A stretch of DNA of 32,000 bases. Source: Acaryochloris marina MBIC11017. GTDB lineage: Bacteria; Cyanobacteriota; Cyanobacteriia; Thermosynechococcales; Thermosynechococcaceae. Below, in pieces: positions 9,068 to 18,104 of the stretch. The position numbers and the translations under genes were made by a program. The stretch is taken from positions 3,180,001 through 3,212,000 of the forward strand of contig NC_009925.1 of assembly GCF_000018105.1 (NCBI RefSeq). Reading direction: 5' to 3'. Numbering within the stretch: the stretch's first letter is position 1; each line of letters opens with the position of its first letter. Under the pieces are notes generated by a model that saw only the letters and a program-made list of their open reading frames with translations, was not told where the DNA came from and made no database searches.

Positions 9068-10162
9068 ATGATTGATCCTGTTATTTTGCAGCTAGACAGT
9101 ATTACTAAACGCTATAACGCCCATATGTCGGCTGCAGTCAATCGCGTTTCTCTACAGCTCAAGCAAGGAGAGATCTTGGGGTTGTTAGGACCGTCTGGTT
9201 GTGGCAAAACAACATTATTGCGTTTAATTGCTGGCTTTGAGCAGGCAGATGCAGGGCAATTGCTCTTGAATGGTCAAGTGATTGCTGGCGTCCGGCAATG
9301 GACGTCTCCTGAACAGCGCATGATTGGCATGGTGTTTCAAGATTTTGCTTTGTTCCCCCATCTGACGGTTGCAGACAATGTCACCTTTGGTTTGAAGCAA
9401 ACGAAAAAGATTTCGACTGAGGTTCAACAGCAACGCCAGACAGAGGTCTTGGGATTAGTGGGATTATTGGGTATGGAAAACCGATATCCCCATGAACTGT
9501 CTGGCGGTCAACAGCAACGAGTGGCCTTGGCACGAGCCTTGGCCCCCCAACCCCAGTTGGTGCTCTTGGACGAACCCCTTAGTAATTTAGATGTGCAAGT
9601 TAGACTGCGCTTGAGACAAGAGCTGAGAGATATTCTCAAAACGGCTGGGACGACGGCAGTGTTTGTGACCCACGACCAGGAAGAAGCTCTTGCGATCGCA
9701 GATCAAGTAGCAGTGATGCGTCAGGGCTGTTTGGAGCAAATCGGGACCCCAGAAGAGATTTACCAACGGCCCCAGTCTCAATTTGTGGCAGAATTTGTCA
9801 CCCAGGCCAACTTTTTGGAAGCTCAGCGATACGGTAACGCCTGGCAAACAGAAGTTGGAGCGTTTACCCCCAGTGAAGGGGGAGATCTCTCGGCTGAGGA
9901 TAGCCAAGCCGTGGTTATGATTCGTCAAGAAGATTTAATCCTCCAGCCCGATCAGACCGCCTCAACCATCATTCGCGATCGCCAATTTTTAGGTCGGGAA
10001 TATCGATATTGCCTAAAAACTCAGTCGGGCCGAGAGTTACATGCCCGCTCTACGTCTGCAGAGGCGTTACCCATTGGCACCTCTGTCAGCTTATCAGTCG
10101 TGCCTCAAAACCTTAGGATTTTTCTTCAGAGTTCGAGTCAGCCTGCCCAAATAGCTGCTTGA
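9068..10162 (+). CDS. ABC transporter ATP-binding protein, FbpC/PotA/FutC-like importer ATPase with a C-terminal TOBE-like domain
   Basis: Walker A GPSGCGKTT, signature LSGGQQQRVALARAL, Walker B LVLLDEPLS, H-loop VTHDQ, and a roughly 120-aa C-terminal extension. No permease or binding-protein gene is adjacent. Confidence 0.85.
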   Translation: MIDPVILQLDSITKRYNAHMSAAVNRVSLQLKQGEILGLLGPSGCGKTTLLRLIAGFEQADAGQLLLNGQVIAGVRQWTSPEQRMIGMVFQDFALFPHLTVADNVTFGLKQTKKISTEVQQQRQTEVLGLVGLLGMENRYPHELSGGQQQRVALARALAPQPQLVLLDEPLSNLDVQVRLRLRQELRDILKTAGTTAVFVTHDQEEALAIADQVAVMRQGCLEQIGTPEEIYQRPQSQFVAEFVTQANFLEAQRYGNAWQTEVGAFTPSEGGDLSAEDSQAVVMIRQEDLILQPDQTASTIIRDRQFLGREYRYCLKTQSGRELHARSTSAEALPIGTSVSLSVVPQNLRIFLQSSSQPAQIAA

Positions 10163-11093
10163 TCAAGGTATTTGCACTGGGAAACAGCCATTTTTGGGTA
10201 AAGGCACCATAGGCCAACCCAACTCCCAGCATGCCTGCACCCCAAGATGCAGCGGTTTGCAGCATCTGACGCCGTTCAATGGACGGCACTTCTGTAATCA
10301 GCTCATTGACATCTGCCAAAGCTTCAATGGCCGAAGGATAGCGCTGGCGGAAATCATAGCGGACCATCTTATCAATAATGTCTCCCAGGACAGGGTTAAC
10401 GGAGATATAGCGTCGCCAGGCAATCTCACCCGTCTTCAAATCAAAGGAAATTTTGCCTTTGGTCGGATCCATGCCTGTTAATGCTTGAATGGCAATAATA
10501 CCGACGGCATAAACATCACTACTAAAGTTGGGGCGGCCAATAGACTGTTCGCTTGGCATATAGCCATCAGTGCCGATCACAACGGTCTGGGCAATCCGGC
10601 GCTTATTTTTAACGGAGCCGAAGTCAATTAAAACAATTTTCTTGTCTTTCTTGCGTCGAATCAGGTTAGCCGGTTTGATATCCCGATGAATGACCCGGCG
10701 TTGATGGACGTAGGCTAGGGTGGTCAATACATCCTGCAAGAAATTAATCACCTTCGCCTCAGGCCAGCGTCGCCAGCCAAATTCTTGCTTGAGGTTTTTG
10801 CCTTCGATATATTGCTCGATTAGAAAAAAGTCTTCATTTTCTTCGAAGTCATCAAAAAACTGGGGGATTTGATCATAGTTACCCAGGCGCTTCAAAACTT
10901 TGACTTCTGTCGCGAATAAACGGCGAGAGGTTTTCACCGTGAATAAGTCATCGGACTCAGGCTGTAGTTTTTTGACGATACAGCGGCGTTTTTCGGGGTG
11001 CTGTGTATCTGTTGCTAAATACGTTTTACTAAATCCACCACTTCCGAGCGCTTTGGTAATTTTGTAGCGGTCGGCTAATGTGGTTCCCAACAT
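10113..11093 (-). CDS. Hanks-type serine/threonine protein kinase with a C-terminal membrane anchor
   Basis: Gly-loop GSGGFSKTY, catalytic Lys in CIVKK, HRDIKPANL, DFG, and GTDGYMPSEQ. A C-terminal hydrophobic segment is AASWGAGMLGVGLAYGAF. Confidence 0.85.
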   Translation of the reverse strand: MLGTTLADRYKITKALGSGGFSKTYLATDTQHPEKRRCIVKKLQPESDDLFTVKTSRRLFATEVKVLKRLGNYDQIPQFFDDFEENEDFFLIEQYIEGKNLKQEFGWRRWPEAKVINFLQDVLTTLAYVHQRRVIHRDIKPANLIRRKKDKKIVLIDFGSVKNKRRIAQTVVIGTDGYMPSEQSIGRPNFSSDVYAVGIIAIQALTGMDPTKGKISFDLKTGEIAWRRYISVNPVLGDIIDKMVRYDFRQRYPSAIEALADVNELITEVPSIERRQMLQTAASWGAGMLGVGLAYGAFTQKWLFPSANTLIKQLFGQADSNSEEKS

Positions 11094-11200
11094 GAATGTA
11101 CTCGGCCCTGCAGTAAATCATCATACTGTAGAGCCGAGCACGGTCGCATAAAATCGTGAAAAAGCCGGTTTTTGAAATAGAAATATTACAATTCATGATC

Positions 11201-11230
11201 CCAAGTCTGGGAATTATGACTCAGACTTGG
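11201..11230 (-). terminator. Hairpin immediately downstream of ssb, candidate terminator
   Basis: CCAAGTCTG (11201-11209) and CAGACTTGG (11222-11230) form a 9-bp perfect stem with a 12-nt loop. It starts 24 nt after the ssb stop. There is no strong U-tract. Confidence 0.3.
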
Positions 11231-11253
11231 ATGGCTTTAAGACAAAAGAGCCC

Positions 11254-11613
11254 CTAAAATTCATCTTCATAGGTGTTGACGGCATTGGGATCACTATCTC
11301 GTTTTGATCCCAACAAATCCAACCGATCAACGCGAATAACGGGGCGGGATCGATTGGCACCAGTGTTGCGATCCTGCCAGCGGTCGAACTTAAGCGCTCC
11401 AGAGACCCCAATCAAACTGCCTTTACGGACATAACTGGCAGCGATCTCCGCTGTTTTGCCCCAAATTTCTAAACTAAACCAGTCGGGCTGATCATCCCGA
11501 GAGCGGCGATTGACGGCTAGGGTGACATTGCAAACGACGCTGCCGGACTCAAAATATTTAACGTCTGGGTCCATGCCTGCACGACCCACTAGGCTAACTA
11601 AATTTAAACTCAT
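11254..11613 (-). CDS. ssb: Single-stranded DNA-binding protein
   Basis: OB-fold sequence MSLNLVSLVGRAGMDPDVKYFESGSVVCNVTLAVNRR...WFSLEIWGKTAEIAASYVRKGSLIGVSGALKFDRW with an acidic C-terminal tip YEDEF. The ATG at 11613 is preceded by AGGAAA. The ORF-track start at 11652 adds 13 unlikely residues. Confidence 0.85.
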   Translation of the reverse strand: MSLNLVSLVGRAGMDPDVKYFESGSVVCNVTLAVNRRSRDDQPDWFSLEIWGKTAEIAASYVRKGSLIGVSGALKFDRWQDRNTGANRSRPVIRVDRLDLLGSKRDSDPNAVNTYEDEF

Positions 11614-11666
11614 GGTTGGATTTCCTAGACGTAACTTAGCCAAGACGGCCATAATGCTGATCGATT

Positions 11667-12827
11667 CTAGCTGGATTCTTCCTCATCCGGCGTTACAGTT
11701 GGTAAATCAGCGGACAATTGAGTAGGGCCATCGGCTAAGGCAACGATATCTGGTGCAAAGGTGGGATAGGAATCGGAGCGCTCGTCTTCGCCCCAGCGAT
11801 CCAAAATATCTTTGACCAGCACTTCTTTTACCCAAATTTGGCCGATCACCATCAGTGGCAGAGCCAACAGGAGTCCCAGAAATCCAAAGAAAATGGCGAA
11901 TACAATTTGAGACAGTAAAGTGACGGCAGGTGCTAGGGAGAGTTGTTTGGCCATCACGGCAGGCACTAACAAATACTGCTCTAACTGCTGAATCAGAATG
12001 TAAAGGATCAGCACGGCAACAGCTTTCCAGGGTGCATCAAGTAGAGCAATGGCCATGGGTGGTATCAAGCTAAGGGTCGGGCCTATGTTGGGAATGGCTT
12101 CTAGCAGACCAGCAATCAAGGCATTGGCAAGTACCAGATCAACCCCTAATACCCACAGTCCCAAGCCGCTAAAGACGGCAATCACCGTCATATTGAACAA
12201 AATGCCCACAATCCAGTTATCTAAAGCAGAGTCACATAATCCCAAGATGTAATCGACCCGTCGCCGATAAAAGGACGGAAACAGTCGGATAAAAATGCGG
12301 CGATATTGGTCGGGGTCAACCAAGAACATAATGGTTAACACCAGAATGAGGAGGATATTCAGGGCCACCAAAAGGGAATTGGAAAATAAGGCAAAAAAGT
12401 TATTGACAACGCTTTCGGCAAACGCGGGAATCTTTTCCCGTAGGTTGTCGATTAGAGAATCAACCGGAATTTCGATACCAGCGCTGGGCATGCCAAAGGC
12501 TAAGCCAGTTTCTTGAGCTTCATTGATGAGTTCTTCAATGCGAGTCAAACTATCGGGCACACGATCTAGCAACTCTTGGGCTTGAGTGACAAAAGGCGGG
12601 ATCACCAAGAGTCCGATCAAACAGGCCACACCCACAATGGAAAAGATGGCTGAGGCAACGGCTAGTCCGCGACTCAGGCCCCGCTTCGTCAGTTGGCGAA
12701 CCAGGCCATTGAGTGCAGAGGCGAGTACGACCGCCGTAAATCCTAACAGCAAGACTTGGCGAATTTCCCACAAAATGTAGAGAGAAACCAAGAAGACAAC
12801 TAAGCCAATCCATTTCCCTAGACTCAA
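11667..12827 (-). CDS. AI-2E family transporter (PerM/YdiK-like permease)
   Basis: 386 aa with multiple transmembrane helices. Family-typical stretches are LLEAIPNIGPTLS and LLVPAVMAK. Confidence 0.75.
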   Translation of the reverse strand: MSLGKWIGLVVFLVSLYILWEIRQVLLLGFTAVVLASALNGLVRQLTKRGLSRGLAVASAIFSIVGVACLIGLLVIPPFVTQAQELLDRVPDSLTRIEELINEAQETGLAFGMPSAGIEIPVDSLIDNLREKIPAFAESVVNNFFALFSNSLLVALNILLILVLTIMFLVDPDQYRRIFIRLFPSFYRRRVDYILGLCDSALDNWIVGILFNMTVIAVFSGLGLWVLGVDLVLANALIAGLLEAIPNIGPTLSLIPPMAIALLDAPWKAVAVLILYILIQQLEQYLLVPAVMAKQLSLAPAVTLLSQIVFAIFFGFLGLLLALPLMVIGQIWVKEVLVKDILDRWGEDERSDSYPTFAPDIVALADGPTQLSADLPTVTPDEEESS

Positions 12828-12890
12828 AATCTGCCTCCAATATCGATATCACTAATTGGAAGGGAAGATTCCCCTCGTGCTTACCGAATT

Positions 12891-13772
12891 TTAGGAGACG
12901 GATTGCGTTTTCAGTAAAGGGAATCCTAATTCTTCACGTTGCTGAAGATAGAGTTGGGCTACTTGGCGGGCCATTTGGCGAATGCGGCCAATATAGCGAG
13001 TCCGTTCGGTCACGGAAATAACGCCTCTGGCATCTAAGAGGTTGAAGGTGTGGGAGCATTTGAGCACATAGTCTAACCCGGGTAAGACTAATTGTTTCTC
13101 GATCAGTTGCAGGGCTTCTTGTTCATACAAACTAAAGAGCTGAAACAGCAGTTCGGGGTTAGAGGCTTCGAAATTATAGGTGGATTGTTCAATTTCCCCT
13201 TGCAGATGAACATCTCCATAGGTGAGAGTACCGTTCCAGTCGATTTTGGCGATGGCATCGGTTTCCTGCAGGTACATGGTCAGTCGTTCTAGACCATAGG
13301 TGAGTTCAATGGAGACAGGGCGGCAATCTAAACCACCGCACTGTTGGAAGTAGGTAAACTGAGTGACTTCCATACCATCTAGCCAGACTTCCCAGCCGAC
13401 ACCCCATGCGCCCACGGCGGCATCTTCCCAATTGTCTTCGACAAAGCGAATATCATGATCTTCAGGCTGAATGCCAAGGACTCGTAAGGAGTCGAGATAA
13501 ATATCTTGGATATCATCGGGGGAGGGTTTGACCAAGACTTGGTATTGGTAGTAGTACTGATATCGATTAGGGTTTTCGCCGTAGCGACCATCGGCGGGGC
13601 GACGGCAGGGTTCGACGTAGGCTACAGCCCAGGGTTCTGGCCCTAGGGATCTTAAAAAGGTATGGGGGCTTTTGGTGCCTGCCCCTTTTTCAATGTCGTA
13701 GGGCTGAACAATTAGACAACCGCGATCGCTCCAAAATTCGTGGAGTTTGGCAATAACGGATTGAAAATTCAC
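12891..13772 (-). CDS. glyQ: Glycine--tRNA ligase alpha subunit
   Basis: 293 aa: [33 protein letters not shown]...[22 protein letters not shown]...TYGLERL, highly characteristic of GlyQ. Confidence 0.95.
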   Translation of the reverse strand: MNFQSVIAKLHEFWSDRGCLIVQPYDIEKGAGTKSPHTFLRSLGPEPWAVAYVEPCRRPADGRYGENPNRYQYYYQYQVLVKPSPDDIQDIYLDSLRVLGIQPEDHDIRFVEDNWEDAAVGAWGVGWEVWLDGMEVTQFTYFQQCGGLDCRPVSIELTYGLERLTMYLQETDAIAKIDWNGTLTYGDVHLQGEIEQSTYNFEASNPELLFQLFSLYEQEALQLIEKQLVLPGLDYVLKCSHTFNLLDARGVISVTERTRYIGRIRQMARQVAQLYLQQREELGFPLLKTQSVS

Positions 13773-13903
13773 AGCGCTTGACCTGTTTGTAGATGGGTGT
13801 CAGTTACCTAGTCTACGAGGCTCGTTTACATTTTGGTCGCTTTTTTTAGAACTCCTCCCATGGAATAGGAAGTGTGGGTGAGCAGTGGAGGACCAAAACG
13901 GTT

Positions 13904-14455
13904 TTAGCTCCAGCGCAATTGTTCTAATTTACGCTTGGCTTCTGGATCGAGCGAGTGGGCCAGTAAACGGCTGGGTGACCGTTTCTTCGTATTTTGCTTA
14001 GAGCGAATTTTGGTAGTCGTGGCTGCCATTTCCTTAACCAGTTGAAGAGCTGACATCCACTCCGCACCATAGCCCATCACCGTCAGCTGTTGGGCACGAT
14101 CAGATGTTGCTACAATCAGCCGGGCCTGTCGAGAACGAGCTTTGGCGCAGTACATTTCAATATAGGTATCCGCCGTTTGGCCATAGTCGGTGTAGTAGAG
14201 ATCCAGAGAATCCGTAAAGGGCTCACAGACGCCTTTCTCTTGTCGATTCTGGGCATCAAAAACTAGCTGTGCCTGATATCCTTGAAACGCACTGTAGCTG
14301 GCAAGAGCATCCGCAAGGTGAAGTCTGGCTGTCTCTAGTTCTTGGATATTTTCAAAAATCTCAGCAGGGGCATGACCATTCTGGTGCTGTGACCAAACAC
14401 CAAGGATGTTGTAACCGTCTACTAATAAGATCGGTTGTTCAGAGAACGCCGCCAT
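13904..14455 (-). CDS. NYN-domain YacP/Rae1-like ribonuclease
   Basis: 183 aa. Motifs: ILLVDGYNILG at the N-terminus, LVFDA, ...YTDYGQTADTYIE..., and IVATSDRAQQ. Confidence 0.7.
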   Translation of the reverse strand: MAAFSEQPILLVDGYNILGVWSQHQNGHAPAEIFENIQELETARLHLADALASYSAFQGYQAQLVFDAQNRQEKGVCEPFTDSLDLYYTDYGQTADTYIEMYCAKARSRQARLIVATSDRAQQLTVMGYGAEWMSALQLVKEMAATTTKIRSKQNTKKRSPSRLLAHSLDPEAKRKLEQLRWS

Positions 14456-14535
14456 GCTAATTCGTAAATTTTTTTAATATTGCTTAATCATTTCTTTATT
14501 GTGACATTTCTGCTGCACTTCCGCAGGTTTATCTG

Positions 14536-15819
14536 ATGGCCGAAGCTTTGGCCGATCTCGTTATTCTCAGCAATGGCCCTGGTGAACTCTCCACTTGGGT
14601 CCGCCCTGTACTGCAAGTGTTGAGCAGGCGACCACAGTTTAGTCGAGTCTCCATCCTTCTCTCCCCCTGTCCCCATGCTGGGGGACATGAGCAGGCCGTT
14701 GCGGAAACCTTCCCTGGAGTGGATCGCGTGTTAGAACCACAGCAGTTTTTCCAGTTTCTGCTCTGGGGTCAAACCCCTGATGCCTGGCACTGGCATCCCC
14801 AAGGCGTGGTGGTTTTCTTGGGCGGCGATCAGTTCTATGCGGTGGCGATTGGTAAGCGGCTAGGCTATCGCATCGTTACCTATGCTGAATGGACGCCCCG
14901 TTGGTTACCTTGGATAGACTACTGCGGAGTGGCTCAGCCTCAAACGCTACAAAAAGTCCCACGTCGATATCGCTCCAAGGTAACGGTAGTGGGTAATTTG
15001 ATGACCGATATTCAATCAAGTGTCGGTTCTGACGCATTGTTAGATCAGTTAGGGTGGGCTCCAGACACTGAAATAATTGGGCTATTGCCAGGATCAAAAC
15101 CTGCCAAATTAAGGATAGGGGTACCATTTTGCTTAGCTGTTGCAGAGCGACTCCAGCAACATCGACCCCAATCACAATTCATCATTCCCCTAGCCCCAGG
15201 GCTGTCCTATACAACCCTATCTCGCTATGCTTGCGCCAGCGATAACCCGCTGATTGCAACCTATTTAGGGAACTCTGCTACTTTAGTGCAATCAAATGAG
15301 GAACTTCCTTATCTCTGCACCCCACGGGGCACGAAAGTCTGGCTTTGGCTGCCCAGTCCTGCCTATGATGTGCTGATGCATTGTCAAATTTGCCTAACCA
15401 CCTTGGGGGCCAATACGGCTGAATTGACAGCTTTAATGGTACCAATGATGGTAATTCTGCCGACCCAACATCTGGCTGGCGCACCCATTGGAGAAGGTTT
15501 GTTAGGCGTACTGGCTCGCCTATCTTTTGTCGGCGCAGCCATGAACCGCTTCATTCTGCCCCAAGGCTTTAAAGCTTGGCCGAATATTTGGGCCGACCAA
15601 GAAATTGTGCCGGAATGGGTAGGACCTTTATCTTCTGAATTAGTGGCTCACTATTTGCAGGCCCTCTTAGCCTCTCCATCCAGACTGCAAGCTATCAAAG
15701 CAGCTCTAAGAGAGGTGCGAGGTGAAGTGGGTGCCGTAGCGCGATTTGCTCAGCTAGTGTCAGAAACGCTAATAAAAGAGAGGGGGGCTGAAGCGCTTGT
15801 GATTCGGGATGCCCCTTAA
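14536..15819 (+). CDS. Lipid-A-disaccharide synthase-related (LpxB-like, GT-B fold) protein conserved in cyanobacteria
   Basis: 427 aa. It starts LVILSNGPGELSTWVRPV, followed by GGDQFYAV, LLPGSKPAK and LGANTAELTAL. The assignment is from memory of this family and is not verified. Confidence 0.55.
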   Translation: MAEALADLVILSNGPGELSTWVRPVLQVLSRRPQFSRVSILLSPCPHAGGHEQAVAETFPGVDRVLEPQQFFQFLLWGQTPDAWHWHPQGVVVFLGGDQFYAVAIGKRLGYRIVTYAEWTPRWLPWIDYCGVAQPQTLQKVPRRYRSKVTVVGNLMTDIQSSVGSDALLDQLGWAPDTEIIGLLPGSKPAKLRIGVPFCLAVAERLQQHRPQSQFIIPLAPGLSYTTLSRYACASDNPLIATYLGNSATLVQSNEELPYLCTPRGTKVWLWLPSPAYDVLMHCQICLTTLGANTAELTALMVPMMVILPTQHLAGAPIGEGLLGVLARLSFVGAAMNRFILPQGFKAWPNIWADQEIVPEWVGPLSSELVAHYLQALLASPSRLQAIKAALREVRGEVGAVARFAQLVSETLIKERGAEALVIRDAP

Positions 15820-16226
15820 GAATCTTGGGATTGGCCATCGCGACGGCCTAATTCGTAGACGCCACCGATCAGCAAACAAATCATGCCTAGGCTGACCCCC
15901 CAGCTACGACCTCCAAAGCTCCAGGTACTGGCGCAATAACAGAGACTGCCCACAATTAGAAATGGCAAAATACTAATTAAGGATGCACAAACTAAATTGC
16001 GAGCCTCACGAGCAGGACGAGACTTCTCAAATGCTTCGACCGATAGGTATAAGGAGCGGTCAACATAGTTTAGCCATCGGCAAAGCTGGTTCGTCAGCCA
16101 CTGGCTTAGGGGATTTAATCCGATGTATAAACCAGTCGCCCATAGACTCCCCCCGGCAATGGGTAGAGCTTCGATCTGAAACTGAAATGGAAGAAAGTCA
16201 ATGACCATAAGCAATAGAGAGACCAA
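15816..16226 (-). CDS. Small integral membrane protein, unknown function
   Basis: 136-aa ORF with about 4 hydrophobic segments. Its stop overlaps the stop of the convergent LpxB-like gene within TTAA (15816-15819). Confidence 0.45.
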   Translation of the reverse strand: MVSLLLMVIDFLPFQFQIEALPIAGGSLWATGLYIGLNPLSQWLTNQLCRWLNYVDRSLYLSVEAFEKSRPAREARNLVCASLISILPFLIVGSLCYCASTWSFGGRSWGVSLGMICLLIGGVYELGRRDGQSQDS

Positions 16227-16389
16227 AGCTGCAGGCCTGAGGTCTGCAAGCTTCGAAGGCAGCAGTAATTGTGAAGGTTTATATCACTATGACACCAAAT
16301 CCTTAATAAACCCACAAAAATCTTAACTTTTATATTGTCTGATGGGGCAAAAATCCTATTCCATGTCGTGCATGAGTCGCTTCAGAGAT

Positions 16390-16833
16390 CTAAGGCTTTG
16401 AATGCGACTGTTCGAGTTGGCATGGCGTGCAAAGGCCGAAAAACTCTAGCGTATGGTAGAAAATTTCGAACTTTGAGGATTGTTTGAGCTGATCTTCCAA
16501 TTCATGAACGGGACATTCTTCTTCCTGGATGGGAATCGAAACACCGCATTGTAGACAAGTAACATGATGTCTATCTTGTTGAGCAGCGGTATACAGGGTT
16601 TCACCATTGCTCAGTAGCCTTGCTTGGACGATACCGCTGAGCTTGAGAGTATCTAATGCTCGATAAACCGTGGCTAGCCCCAAGGTTAGTTGGGCTTTGC
16701 GCAACTCAAGATAAAGTTCTTGAGCTGAAATCTCTCGATTCAACTTCTTTAAAAGTTTGAGAACGGTATTTTGACTACGAGTAAGGTGCGATTTCATGAA
16801 AAGGGCATCAATAGCTGATGATGCAATGGTCAA
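16390..16833 (-). CDS. Fur-family transcriptional regulator, probably Zur (FurB)-like
   Basis: Winged helix ISAQELYLELRKAQLTLGLATVYRALDTLKLSGIV. Metal-site residues are DRHHVTCLQCG and HTLEFFGLCTPC (two CxxC pairs). An alternative start is MKSHL at 16797. Confidence 0.8.
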   Translation of the reverse strand: MTIASSAIDALFMKSHLTRSQNTVLKLLKKLNREISAQELYLELRKAQLTLGLATVYRALDTLKLSGIVQARLLSNGETLYTAAQQDRHHVTCLQCGVSIPIQEEECPVHELEDQLKQSSKFEIFYHTLEFFGLCTPCQLEQSHSKP

Positions 16834-17097
16834 GGGGTGAGAATGGGGTGCTTCAAATTCTCGATTGCCTATCGATAGACATGATTGAGAGCGCTCCGAT
16901 CCTAGAATAGACCAACATATCTAACTTGAGTTTGTTACCTTAGGGACGATGCTGGCAGTCTATACCCATTACATTGGATATCACTCAGATAGAGCATGAT
17001 CAATGTTCAACCCACAACATACTAGGATATGGGAGAGAAACGCTTCTCCATTATTTCTTCCTCATAGTGTTGATGACCTCGCCCTAGAACCAATTTT

Positions 17098-17961
17098 ATG
17101 ACGCGTAGCAAGCTCTCAGATTCCGATAAGCAAACGATTACTCAACTCTTCCGAGAGTCTGAAGAGACCATTGCCCAACTGGCAACTCGCTTTGAGGTCA
17201 GTAGTTCAACGATTCGGCGCATTATTAAAAATCAACTGCCGGATCAAGAATATGATGCCCTCATTGCCACCAAGCAAGAAAAGCGCGGTCCCAAATCTTC
17301 TCGCAAGCAGACTGCCGCCGCTAAGGCGGAGGTCGTGGAAGAGGCGAAGCCCGTGAAAGTTATCGATGCACCCGTACGACCAGCGCCTATCAAAAAGCGT
17401 AAACGCATAGAAGAACCAGCTGATGCGGCAGAGGAAGAAACACCGGCGCTGGCGGTTGCCCAACTAGATGACCAGGAAGATTTAGCTGAAATCATCGCTG
17501 AAATTAAGCATGATCTGCATGATCTACCGGTAGAGGATGCTGAGGAAGATACCGAAATCGATGATTTTGATTCCGAAGATGCTGAAGAGTCTGATTTAGA
17601 AGATGGCGCAGATGCGGATGATGGGTTGGGAATGAACCTAGAAGCCGTTGAATTAATTCAAGTGTTGCCCTTTTCAGAAGCTAAGTTTCCCAAAACCTGT
17701 TATTTGGTGGTAGATCGGTCGTCAGAACTGATCACGCGTCCCTTACAAGCGTTTGGAGAATTAGGCACGATTCCAGAACAAGAAGTGGATGCTAAAACCT
17801 TACCTATTTTTGATAATCATCGGATTGCTCGCCGTTTTTCCCATCGCACCCAAAGAATTGTGAAAGTTCCCAACAGTAATGTTCTGAAAAAGACTTGTCC
17901 TCAACTACTAGCCAAAGGAATCACACGATTGCTGATCAATGGCCATGTTTATTCTCTATGA
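17098..17961 (+). CDS. Conserved hypothetical protein: N-terminal HTH, basic linker, long poly-acidic tract, C-terminal globular domain
   Basis: 287 aa. HTH-like ETIAQLATRFEVSSSTIRRIIKN, a KKRKR patch, and an Asp/Glu-rich run (DDQEDLAE...EDAEEDTEIDDFDSEDAEESDLEDGADADDG). The strong antisense shadow ORFs are explained by the biased composition. Confidence 0.6.
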   Translation: MTRSKLSDSDKQTITQLFRESEETIAQLATRFEVSSSTIRRIIKNQLPDQEYDALIATKQEKRGPKSSRKQTAAAKAEVVEEAKPVKVIDAPVRPAPIKKRKRIEEPADAAEEETPALAVAQLDDQEDLAEIIAEIKHDLHDLPVEDAEEDTEIDDFDSEDAEESDLEDGADADDGLGMNLEAVELIQVLPFSEAKFPKTCYLVVDRSSELITRPLQAFGELGTIPEQEVDAKTLPIFDNHRIARRFSHRTQRIVKVPNSNVLKKTCPQLLAKGITRLLINGHVYSL

Positions 17962-18104
17962 CGCTTTTTTTAAGGCCTAGGGCAATCTAAGTTATGAGCT
18001 ATGATGCCTAGACAGGTAGAGTGATATACAACTACATGAACTCTGAGAGTCAGAATATAAGTATTACGGTTGGTTGCTAATTCTTTATAAGCAAGAAATT
18101 TGAT

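Noticed and set aside
17171-17495. Three overlapping ORFs (one plus strand, two minus strand) within the HTH/acidic protein gene
   Set aside because: These are composition artefacts of the GA-rich acidic tract and are nested in the longer ORF.
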